A stretch of DNA of 64,000 nucleotides, from contig NW_003314360.1 in assembly GCF_000143415.4 (NCBI RefSeq), positions 104,284 through 168,283 on the forward strand, in the 5' to 3' direction. Origin of the DNA: Selaginella moellendorffii. Lineage: Eukaryota > Plantae > Lycopodiophyta. Below are positions 24,801 to 36,500 of the stretch, one piece after another. Position 1 is the first letter of the stretch; every line of letters begins with the position of its first letter. Position numbers and translations under genes: made by a program. A model generated the notes under the pieces. The model did no database searches, had not been told where the DNA came from, and saw only the letters and a program-made list of their open reading frames with translations.

Positions 24801-26986
24801 TATTCCTTTACAAAGTTTCTAATGTATTTTTTTTCAAGGTGAACAATCCGAATCTGAATCAGAGGAGGCTTGATATAGTGTGTGAGGTAAAACAAAGATG
24901 ATGTGACATATGCATTTACCAATCACACGTGCATAAATCTAATAATATGGCGTGTGGCCCATATTAATGGCACATAAACCCATATTGTGGGCTTACGTGC
25001 TTTATGTACCATCATTCCCTTGTAGCGTGTGTGTTGGTTTCCTTTTATAACACAACGAACTCCATATTTTAGGGTGAAGAGCGTTCTCATGGCAAGCACA
25101 AAATCTGTAAGTGAGGCAGAAAAGGAGACGGAGAAGGAGATAGGTGAAGATGTAGAATATATAAGTCTTCCAAACTCCCCGTACTATACTCCAGGTGATC
25201 ATTTTTCTGAACAAACGGCAACATTAACAACTATCGAGAACGCCCCAGTAACGTCAGAGACAACAATCCAAAGCAAAACAACTGACCCGGAGAAGGATGA
25301 TAGTACCGCTGAGAGTACCAAAAAGGAGGTGTCCACTAGCGCTTAGGCTTATAATGGCGTGTGCCCTCATGCCATTTACTTGATCACCAAATACCTTTTT
25401 CCCTTTGCACTAGTATATCTTAATACCGGTCTGAGAAATAGAATGGCATGTGCCCTCAGGCCTTTTACTAAATCACCTTTGAAAGAAATGCAAGCCTCTA
25501 TGTCGTAAAAAAAAGGTACTAGAGAAATTCCTTAATAATATGAATGTTATTTAGTTTCATGAAAATACACTAAGGGTTAAATGAGTTAAATGACTTCTCC
25601 AGACTAGCAATGCCTCTTGCTACACCTTCACAATTAGATTCGTTAGAAAAAGATAACATTGAATAATATCTAAATGTTCTCACCATTAAGTTATATGTCT
25701 GGCTAATAGGAATGATGTTCATCTTGGAAAGCTCACCACACGCTCAATGAACAAACAAATAGTGTGTGCGCGCATGCCATCGCTCTTCTTTAGCTTCAGA
25801 TTCGGCTTGTTCACCTTGACAATGAGATTTATTATACAACTAGATGGACTCAGTCTGGACATAAGGTCACCGCGCTAGTCACCATGCCCCAGATATGTCT
25901 AGCCCCTGGACAAAAAACATATAATTTCACGTCATTTTCAAATACTTGAAAATTTGTACCTAGTCCCATTTTACTGAATAAATCCCACTTTAACGAAATA
26001 GAGCTTTAAGCATATCTCGCTAGAGTACGGTGGCTTTAAAGATGTATGGTTTGGAGAGGGAGTTAAACCTCCAGTTGTTATGCTCTCTGCTACATCTTTA
26101 AAGCAGGCTGTTGTAATGGAAAGCACTTTCGAGTTACTTGTTGTTTGTTCGTGACTTGAGGGACCAAGGCACGTGTGGGGGAGAAGCAGCAGTATGGGAT
26201 GTACTTAACAAGTTTTCTAATGTTTTTCCATCTAAACTTCTTCATGGGTTGCCTCCATTACAAAGTCTGGAACATGGGATTACGTTGGAGCCGGGGACAC
26301 GGCCAATTTACCAGCGTCCATTTTGGTTAAGTTATGCGGAGGAGCAAGAAGTTCAACGACAAGTCAAAGAGTTACTTGGGTTTGGATTTATTCAGCCAAG
26401 TAAATCTTTGTTTACTACTCTGGTCTTGCTTGTGAAGAAAAAGGATGGTTCAATACGGATATGTATTGACTACTGTTCCTTGAACAAGAAGACAGTGAAG
26501 TATAAGATGCCGACGCCATGTGTGGATGATATCCTAGACAAGCTTGGTAAAGCACGAGTGTTTACCAAAATTGATCTGAGGAGTGGATATCATCAGATTG
26601 CAATGGATGATGCATCTATCTCCAAGACGGCATTCAACACAAGCTTCGGACATTTTAAGTTTACAGTTATGCTATTTTGTTTGATAAATGCACTAGCCAT
26701 ATTTACTTGGTTGATGATGGAGGTATTTGGGCATTATCTTCATGAGTTTGTGAAGATTTTCTTGGATGATATTCTTCTTTTCAACAAGAATATGGAGCAT
26801 AAAGTGCATTTGTGCAATGTTCCTTTGTTACTCCGTGATAGCAAACTTTATGTGAAGAAGAGCAAATGTGAATTTGCAAAGTTAGAGGTGGAATATCTAG
26901 GCCATATTGTGACATCTAAGGGTGTCAAGATGGATCCAAGGAAGGTGGTTATAGTGGAGAATTGGCTTACACCAACTATAGTGGCG

Positions 26987-27270
26987 TGTTGCGAATGTGA
27001 CTTTGGGTATCGGAAGTTACCTGTCGGCCAGTCCTTACGGACACTCTTACCTTATTGCCATGATAGCAGGAGATCAGTATTACCAGTTCCCTTTATCAGC
27101 CCCTCTTGTTCAAGTGTTAGTTTACTGGGCTTAGCACCTGTACTTAGCCAGATGGACATAAGGTAAGAACTCCTATGTGTTTCTAGCTAAGCATACTCAG
27201 CTTGGCTCTTAGTTCTCTTTTGCACTGTCTTGCATTGGCTTGACAAGAACCCTCGTGTATTGAGATTGGT
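26987..27270 (+). mobile_element. Truncated family A LTR fragment inserted in RT
   Basis: Starts TGTTGCGAATGTGACTTTGGGTATCG like the other family A LTRs; host RNase H resumes at about 27271. Confidence 0.8.
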
Positions 27271-27709
27271 CATTTGAGTGGAAGAAGCCACAAGAGGAAA
27301 GTTCTATAGTGCTGAAACGATTGTTGAGTGAGGCTCCAATGCTTTGCATTGCTGATCCATCTAAACCTTATAAGGTGATATGCGATGCGAATGGTTATGC
27401 ACTGGGAGGAGTTCTTATACAAGAGGGATAGCCTATTGCATATAAGAGTCAAACTTTGAATCTTGCAAAACAACACTATTCCACATATGAGCAAGAGTTA
27501 CTTTTTATTGTTCATGCTTTGTGGATGTAGCAGCACTATCTTTATGGTGCAGTATTCATGGTGTTGAGGGATCACAAACCACTTGTGTATCTTTTCACAC
27601 AAAAAGAGTTGAACACTAGGCAAGCTCGTTGGATGGTCAAACTCATGAAGTTTAGGGAGTTTCTTATTAAGCATCGTCCAAGAAAATCAAATATGGTGGC
27701 AGAGGCTTT

Positions 27710-30700
27710 TGTCAAGACCCCCAACAAGATCAAGACTGGAAAATGCAAAAGACAAAGAGAAAAACTAGTGGAAACAAAAAAAAGGCCTTAGACTAGCGTT
27801 GATTCAAATTGTGGAGAAATGGAACAAGGCTAACCTATATATACTATAGGTTGATAAAGCTCCACCACTCTTGGATCGAGGACGGCCTAAATATAGCTGA
27901 GGTCGAGGAGGTGCCACATCAATATCAGAAATATGGCTTGAGACTCAGGAATCGTACAGGAAATCAGAGAGTCAGGAATAGGGAAGTGTCTTGAGAGTCA
28001 GGAATGTGGTCTGCAGGTCAAAAATCCGGCGAGAGTCAGGAATGTGGCAAGAATTGGGGGATTCCTGACAGCACCCCCTCCTCAAGAACGAGTGGAACGA
28101 GGATGTGAATGAGAATGACGAGGAGGATGAGATGAGCGGCGAGGGATGGGAGATGGAGAAAAAGAATGAGGATTGGGACGAGAAGGATAGCGGCGGTGCA
28201 AGTCTTGAATAAGGTCAGGAGAATGAATCAGGTTGTCCGCAGGTTCCCAAGTGCGTTCTTCAGGTCCGTAACCCTTCCAGTCGACTAGATAGTAGAGTTG
28301 AGACCGTGAAATCTTGGAATCAAGGATGTCCTGAACCTCGTACTTAGACCCATCCTCGAGCTGCACTGGTGGAGGTGGAGGAATGACCCGATTGGGAATA
28401 GGACTGGGAATATAAGGCTCAAGGAGAGAAAAGTGAAAAACAGGGTGAATTTGATATGAGGAGGGAAGTGCAAGGCGATAAGTGACAGGATTAATGATGG
28501 CAGTGATAGGGAAAGGACCGAGGCGTTTGAAATCAAGTTTTGGACAGGGCCTGGTGGTGGAGATATTTCGCCTGAGGAGCCAGACTTTATCCCCGATATT
28601 GTAAGGGGGACAATCCTGACGATGGACATTGGCAAATGTTTTGTGAGATTCCTGAGCACGATGGAGGTGGAAGGAAATGGAGTTGTGGATTTCCTGGAGG
28701 TTGGAGACAAATGCCTCAGAGCGGGGATTTGAATGAGAGGATTCGGATGGAGAAGGAAGTGAGAGATTGAATTGGGGATTTCAGCCAGAGTTTGCAAAGA
28801 AGGGGGAAATTCGAAGAGAGGAGTGAACAGAGTTGTTATAGGAGAACTCAGCAAGGGGAAGGATATCGAACCAGTTATCTTGATGATAGTTGATGAAGCA
28901 CCTCAAGAATTGTTCCAACGTCTGAATCGTTTGCTCGGACTGCCCATCAGTTTGAGGATGATATGCTGAAGAGAGGTTGGCCTTCACTCCAAGCAGCTGC
29001 AAAAACCGTTGCCAGAAATGAGAGATGAACTAAGGCCCCCGATCCGAAACCACATCTGTAGGAATCCCATGAAGTCAGAAAATTTCCCTGAATACCAGTT
29101 TTGCCATGTCCTCGCCCAAAAACTCCTTGGTACATGGCAAGAAGTACGCCATCTTTGTGAAGCGATTTACCACGACTAAAATGTTGTTGAAGCCTCCAGA
29201 ACTCGGAAGATCACTCAAGAAATCCATGGAGATGGATTCCCAAGGACCTAAAGGGACCAGAAGGGAACAAAGCAAACCTGAAGGAAGGTGGCGAGGTACC
29301 TTATTCCGGGCACAAGTGTCACAGGAGGTAACAAAAGTTTTGATGTAGTCGTCCATGTGAGGCCACCAAAAGTCCCGTGCAACTAGCTCATAGGTTTTCG
29401 CAATGTTGAAGTGACTAGCAGTCGGGCTATCATGGCACGCCATCAGAACCAACCTTCGAGCATCAGCTTCAGGAATGTAAAGCTGCTCCCCACGGTATAA
29501 TAAGCCATCTAAGAACTCGAACTCGTCAAATCGCCGACAGTCGGGAGTCACTAGGTGTCCAGCCTGAAGATGGGGGAAAATGTCGCTAGCGAGATCATCG
29601 GATTGAAGATCGTTTCTGATTGCATCCATCAAGGAGGAGTCCTAAGGGGCCAGGGAAATTGCCATAACTTGAAGCCGATCAGGACCGAGGATAACTTGAT
29701 CCTATTGATCAAAGGCAGGATTACCAGGCCTTAGACTGAGATAGGAGCGCCTTGAAAGGGCATCAGGAAGGCCTTGAAGCTTTCCAGGTCTGTACTTGAT
29801 AACAAAGTCAAATCGACTCAGGAATTGTGCCCACCTTGCTTGACGACGGCTTAAAACTCGGGAAGTGGCAAAGTACTCGAGATTTTTGTAATCCGTCCAG
29901 ATTGTTGTTTGATGGCTCGCCCCCTCCAAGAAACAGCGCCACTCTCCAAAGGAATCCACGATGGCAAGGAGCTCCTTGTCGTGGATTTTGTAATTGATCT
30001 CCGTAGGCTGGAATTTCCGAGAATGGAAGGCGACCAGATGAAGTTCTTGATCCGCTCCGAGTTGAGTCAGCACAGCACCGATGGCAAAGTCGGAGGCGTC
30101 AGCCTCGATGAAAAAAGGTTGTGAGGAATCAGCATGGATCAAAACGGGAGCAGAACTGAAGGCTGCCTTGAGTGTGTCGAAGGCGTGCTGGGCAGCAACA
30201 GACCAAGAGAAGGGAACATCCTTGCGAGTGAGATGCGTGAGAGGAAGGACAATGTTAGAGTAGTGATCAATGAATTTGCGGTAGAAGTTGGCGAAGCCAA
30301 GGAAAACCTGAACGTCCGACATTGATTGTGGAGGCTCCCACTCAAGAATAGTCTTGACTTTGGCAGGATCCATAGTGATACCCTCAGGAGTGACAATGTA
30401 CCCAAGGAACTCCACAGATTGCTGATCGAAGGAACATTTCTCAAGCTTTGCGTATAGGCCATGTTCTCGTAGCTTTGCCAGCACCTTGCGTACATGTTCG
30501 TCGTGCTCCTCCTGAGTTTTTGAGTAGATGAGGATGTCATTGAGGTAGACGATCACCATCTGATCAAGAAACTCTTGAAAGACGTCGTTTGCCATATGTT
30601 GGAAAACTGCTGGAGCATTTGTCAAGCCAAATGGCATGACAGTGTACTCGAAGTGACCATAGCGGGTTCGGAACACAATCTTCCATTCATCACCAAACCG

Positions 30701-33196
30701 GATCCGGATCAGGTTGTATGCGCCATGGAGGTCAATCTTGGTGAAGAAGCGGGCACCGCCGAGGAGTTCCAACAGGTCCGAGATAAGGGGCAGCGGATAA
30801 CGGTTCCGAACAGTCACCTTGTTCAAACCTCGGTAATCGATAACTAGCCGCAAACTCCCATCCTTCTTGTTGACAAAGAAGACAGGCACTCCAGCCGGGG
30901 ATTGCGAATGCTGAATGTACCCCGAGGCAAGGTTCTCATCCACGTACTCTTTGAGGGCCTTAAGCTCGGACGGGGATAACCCGTAGATAGGCCCCCACGG
31001 AGGTGACGCTCCTTCCTGTAAATCAATGGGACAGTCATAAGGCCGATGAATAGGCAGTACACTAGCTTTTTTCTTGTCAAACACATCCCCAAAATCATGA
31101 TACTTCTCAGGAAGACTGACAGGAAAAATATGCAAAGCAAAAAGGAAAATAGGTTCTTCATGAAGGAGTTCTTTCATAGTGATTGTGGAGATAGGAGGAG
31201 GTGTACGACTGAATGGAATGATGAGACGAGGATACTATCCAGTGTAAGATGGAAGAGAGGAAAAAGAAGAGGGTGAAAACTTCGTAGAGTCAGGAACAAA
31301 ACCCCGATTTGAGTTTTGGGAGAGATGAGCTGTAATTCCTTCCAACAGATCTGAGGCTGATGTAGTTGGAACCAAGGAAGACCGAGCACCACAGAGGAGG
31401 ACTTGCTGTTGATGATGTTGAAGGCGATATCAGTGACGGTGGACCCGATGTGTACTCGAATGGGCAACGTTTCCCTAAGTCCAGAAGATGGAGACACAAA
31501 ATGCCCACCAATGCATTCAACCCTCAGATCCCGTATGGTAGAGGAAGAGGAACGTGATGTCGGGCAGCAAAGTCCATGTCCATGAAGTAGGAAGTTGCAC
31601 CCGAGTCCAGTAGCGCCAGAGCCTTGAGTCTTGATTGTCCGGTGAAAGAAAGGAGGCATGGGACGTGGAAGTTGCGGGAATTGGTGGTGGCTTTGATGAA
31701 AGGTGGTGAGGAGCTTGATAAAGAAGAAAAGTGATTTTTATTCGGGGAGTCCAAACAGACAGCTCCTACTCTGTTTGGACAAGGTCGTTTCCCTACTGCA
31801 ACAGAGGCGGATTTTGAGGCAGAGTGAACTCGAGCAGTCGGGGAGGCTTCTTGGGACACACAGCTGCTTTGTGATTAGGATCAGCACAATAGAGGCAAAG
31901 ATTATGAGATATTCGACGTTGCTTCTCAGCAGGACTCAACTTCCCTCTAATGAGTCGGGGAGTACTAAAAATATCCATCGGGACCAGAGCAGTAGGTTCA
32001 GGAGTATGCCCCGAAGACTCAAGCTGGGATTCCTAAGTCTGGGATGGAAAATCAGCGGCGCAGTGACTTTCTTGACGACGTTCAAAGAGACGATTTTCAC
32101 ATCGAACAGCTTTGTTGATGGCGTCCGACAGGTCCTTGGGATCTTCCATGATGAGCAACAAATCCTTGACACCGTCGTTGAGGCCGAAACGAAATTGGTC
32201 AATCAAAGCCCATTCATCCCACTGAGTGTCCAAAGCAAGGAGTTGGAACTCTGCAGCGTAGATCGAGGCAGGACGAGACCCCTGAGAGAGATGTCTTATC
32301 TTTGTGGTAGCAGCCCGAACCCAATCCGTCTCGCCAAAACATGCTTCGAGCTTCTCTTTGAACAATTGAAGATCCATCAGCTCCGGAACCACGACCCCTT
32401 TCATGCTCTTCTCCAGAAGAGGAGAAAACCATGACAAAGCTGCACCTTTGAGCAACGTCCCAATCGCGCCGATTTGAGACTCGGGAGTGGGGTACCGCCG
32501 ATGTTGAAGTGCAAAAGTCAGCTCCATTTGGTTCAGAAATTCGCGAAGCTCCGAACGTTTGCCTGAAAATTTCGCCGGGAAACTCACCTTCGGTTCAGGA
32601 ACTTTGCTGGATCCTTGAGTCGACAGTGAAGCAAGCTCTTGCTGCATGCGAAGAAGGGTTGCCTTCAGCTCGGTATTTTCAAACTGGTTTTTTGCAAGGA
32701 CTTCGGCAAAGAAATCAGGATGGCTTGGAGACTCCATCGGCAAGAAGAAAGAAAAAAAAAAGGAAAAAAAGACAAAGGCAATCAAACAATCGAATGGAGC
32801 TAAAGGTAAAGCAAAAAGCACAATCTGAATCAAACTGTCAAGACCCCCAACAAGATCAAGATTGGAAAATGCAAAAGACAAAGAGAAAAACTAGTGGAAA
32901 CAAAGAAGAGGCCTTAGACTGGCGTTGATTCAAATTGTGGAGAAATGGAACAAGGCTAACCTATATATACTATAGGTTGATGAAGCTCCACCACTCTTGG
33001 ATTGAGGATGGCCTAAATATAGCTGAGGTCGAGGAGGCGCCACATCAATATCAGGAATGTGGCTCGAGACTTAGGAATCGTACAGGAAATCAGAGAGTCA
33101 GGAATAGGGAAGTGTCTCGAGAGTTAGAAATGTGGTCTGCAGGTCAGGAATCCGGCGAGAGTTAGGAATGTGGCAAGAATTGGGGGATTCCTGACA
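27710..33196 (-). mobile_element. Full-length chromovirus (Tcn1-like Ty3/Gypsy) with 361-bp LTRs, TSD GCTTT and a self-priming PBS; pol disrupted
   Basis: LTRs at 27710-28070 and 32836-33196; GCTTT at 27705-27709 and 33197-33201; PPT next to 28071. Gag 32033-32740; protease ALLDSGAT; RT/RNase H 29702-31177 (YLND in place of YLDD); integrase 28781-29632; chromodomain YEVQDILDS..YLVDWKGYGPEERTWEP. Confidence 0.95.
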
Positions 33197-33586
33197 GCTT
33201 TATCTCGTGTTCATCATGTGATGGCATTACAAACACGGTTTTATCATCATTTGAGTAAGGTGGTCATTGAGTTTGGGCAATTGGTTGAGAGTGCTCAGCC
33301 TCAAGATGCTAAGGTGGCCTCTTTGCGTGACTAGGTGGAAGCCCCTTGCTCATTGGTGGTTGGGATTCTCAACTATAATGGCCATGTATATTTGCCATGG
33401 GTGGATGTGTAAATGACTCAAGTTTTATTCCACTATCATGATCATCTAAAGGCTGGTCATTTTGGAAAGAACAAGATGTATGAGTTGATTAACCATAATT
33501 TTTATTGGAGGAATATGAACGTTGATATCCTTGAGTATTGTAAATCATGCAAGCTTAGTCAGCAAGTAAAGGTGCCATGGGAGAAG

Positions 33587-36500
33587 CTTGGGGTGGTCAC
33601 TCTTATATAACTATATATATCATCTGTGTGTACGGATTGGGGTTATTTTGGGTGCAAACCATACATATACATACAGGCCTTAGGGTTGAGTTTAATTTGA
33701 AAAATTTCATATGTACGGGTAGGGGAGGAGGCGGAGCTCCTCTAGGGCTCTCTACAATAGCAGGCTGTAGTGGGCAATAGATCTCATGCACAGTAGGTAT
33801 GGAGTGTGATGTTATTGTGTATGTAGAGGATGGAGATCAAAAGAAGCTTGTGGGTTTCGTCAGGGTTCAAAGGGAGTGTTCTTATCATCAGCTCCGCGAT
33901 GCTATTATTTCAGACGAGATTGAGGGTCTTGTTAAGAGTGATTTTGTTTTCTTGGGTGCCCTTTCCCTTGCAATGACATATAGGCAAGAGAGATATCCGT
34001 TTTTTGGAGCTGAAGTTCTAGTTCATGTGCTTAATCTTGCAGCAGTAGAACCAATTCAAGAAGGGCAATCTTCAACAGCAACCAATGAAGCTCATAAAGA
34101 AGATCCAACTAGATTTTTATCTGGTTTGAATTCCAAACTTGCTTCAGCTAGAGAGATACACGATTGGAAGAGATCATTCAAGCAGAATGAGAGAAAGCTG
34201 AGGGCAAAAGGGAGGAAAGACAAGTTTGAATTGTTTTCATATGACCGGGATGGATGCGCTCACTTCAAAATCATGTGTCAGGAGTGTGGAATTGTTTATG
34301 GAGGAGGCTTGAAAGACACCTATTACAATTTCGTTTCAAAGCACTACAGTGGAGCTAGGCATGAAGCAAACTACAGGAAAAATCAGCTGCAGCAAGAGAA
34401 AAATGATCAAGAAAAAGCTGACATGGAAAGTCCTATTGAGGGTGCTAATGAAGGTGCTGAACTTGCTAGTTGTGAGGAAATAAAAAACGAAGTGGAGAAG
34501 CTGATAAATGGAACTGTGGAAAGGTTTTGTGATGAGAACAGTGTTTGCTTCACTCTCTACAAACCAAGTGTAGGAAATTTTGAGAGGAGGAACAACATTT
34601 GGGTTTGTTGCAAGCATTGTGAGAAGACGTTAATGCTTTTTCCTCCTACTGGGAGTCTCCTGAACAATCTGATGGTTCACATTTCTGGGAATAAGCACAA
34701 GAATGCTGGCCGAGAAAGAAGCACTGGAGGTCGGCCAACTAAAGTTGCAAACACTGACAATAAACAAGGAACCTCCTTAGCTATTTCACACGAGGTAAGA
34801 AATTGCATTCCAGTTTTTGTAAAGTTAATAACGTGTGTTGTTTAAATTTTTTCAGCGAAAAGGAGTCTCATCAAGCAGTTCTTCTCAAAACTTCATAGCA
34901 TCTCCAGATGAGTCTTCAAGTAAGTAGCGTTTCATATGCTTTACATAGTGTGATTTCTTGTATAGTATAATTTGTTATATGTTGATAGGAATTGAAAGAC
35001 TTTGCTTTTGATACTGGCAAAACAATTACAAATATGGCTTGAGTTCTGTGAATGTTCGTCCTCTTCTCCAAGATGTAAAAGAGGGAGGTTGTTGGTTTTT
35101 CAAAGCAGCAGCAAATGGTGTTGTTGTCAATGGAACATTCAGATCAAAACAATGTCTAAGAGTGACAAACAACATCTGTGGATTCAAGAACAAGCAATGC
35201 AAGTTTTGTATGGAAATACCAGCTTGTAGTGAATTCAAAGGACGTGCTTTACGGGAAAGCAAAGTGACAATACCACGAGGACAAAGATTGAAGAGATGTG
35301 GAATGAGACTTGACTACATGACTACAACTGAGCACATAGATAGCAGCAGGCTACTGCAAGCAGAGAATAGAAGGCTGGCATTGGAACTATTGACCACAAG
35401 ATGCAAGATAGCAGCTCTTTCAGTTCATTGCCGGAGCTTAAAAGAAACTTTGAAGGAAAGCGCCATTCGCAAGGATATCAGAAAATTCAGCTCTAATCTC
35501 AAACAAGCTTGGCAACAAGGCAAATTCGAGGGCAAGGAGATGGTTCTTCATGTGATGCAGGATTTGCTGCAGGGAATAACTAGGAAAAAACAAGGAATGA
35601 GGTATTTTTTTATTTATTCAAAGTTTTTTCCTTACACTCTTAACAAGTACCATGAAACCACGAAATGGATTTTGCGAGTAACAAAAATGTGGGGGGGGGG
35701 GGGAGCAGGTTTAACAACTTCCTTCACTTGAACCTTGGATTGCCAAGTTTGTCAACAACAAAGCGTGACATGAGAACAAACTTTAGATACACAACAGGTT
35801 TGCAATCCGAGATATTTTTGAACCTTTCTAAGGTTTACAAGTTCAAGATGAAGAGTTTACAGCTTAAGCTAGGGAGTGTGCCTGTTTTGATTGCAGAAGA
35901 CAAAACAGTTATTAAAAGGATGATCAGATGGATTGCTCATGATGATGCTTTGCTCAGGTTTTGTGGAAAGAAGGGGGAGGGTCACAAGTGTGTGAATAGT
36001 TTTGTCATGAAGGTTGGGAATGGAGAAGCAGGTTATGAACAGATCACTCAGGCTTTTCTGGACAACAAGAAAGTTCACTATGCACGAGTGTTGATGGTTA
36101 ATCCATTGCACAGACAGTTGCCGTGCTTGGTTCTCTCTATTCAGCTTACTTGCAATCGGTTTACAGCTTCAGATGTTCGACAACAATGGAACTTGATCCA
36201 TCAAATATGGGGACAACACCTTCACAATGTTGTTGGCCCCCTGATTGGCCATTCATCGGATGGAGATCAGAGAAGGCATAAACTAATGCTTGAAGACATG
36301 AGTCTGGGGGATACAACAACAGGAACTTACTTTGTACCTTGGTCAGGGTGGCTATTCTCTAGAAAGTGGAACTCAACAGGGAACCTTTCAAGACTATGTG
36401 CATAATGGGAAGAAGCTGATCAATCCATTGCATAGTGCAATAAGACAACTATTTCTAGGGGATGAGTTTGTGCATTTGAATGACATTTGGGAAGTTTTGA

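Larger units (their letters stand above)
12821..26006. mobile_element. 13.2-kb TIR DNA transposon (Sola-like DDD transposase plus a large cargo gene)
   Basis: GCTTAAAGCTCTATTTCGTTAAAGTGGGA (12816-12844) is a perfect inverted match to 25983-26011. Gypsy pol sequence lies on both outer sides. The exact terminus is uncertain by 1 bp (AAGC.. or AGC.. after TTAA). Confidence 0.9.

Noticed and set aside
25029-25346. 105-aa acidic, Thr-rich ORF near the right TIR
   Set aside because: Low complexity with a non-ATG start in the track. It could be an extra exon but cannot be supported.
12817-26010. piggyBac/Kolobok/Sola3 assignment from an apparent TTAA TSD
   Set aside because: The two flanks come from different host positions, so TTAA is not a demonstrable duplication. 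The related MITE is not flanked by TTAA, and the transposase motifs are not piggyBac-like.
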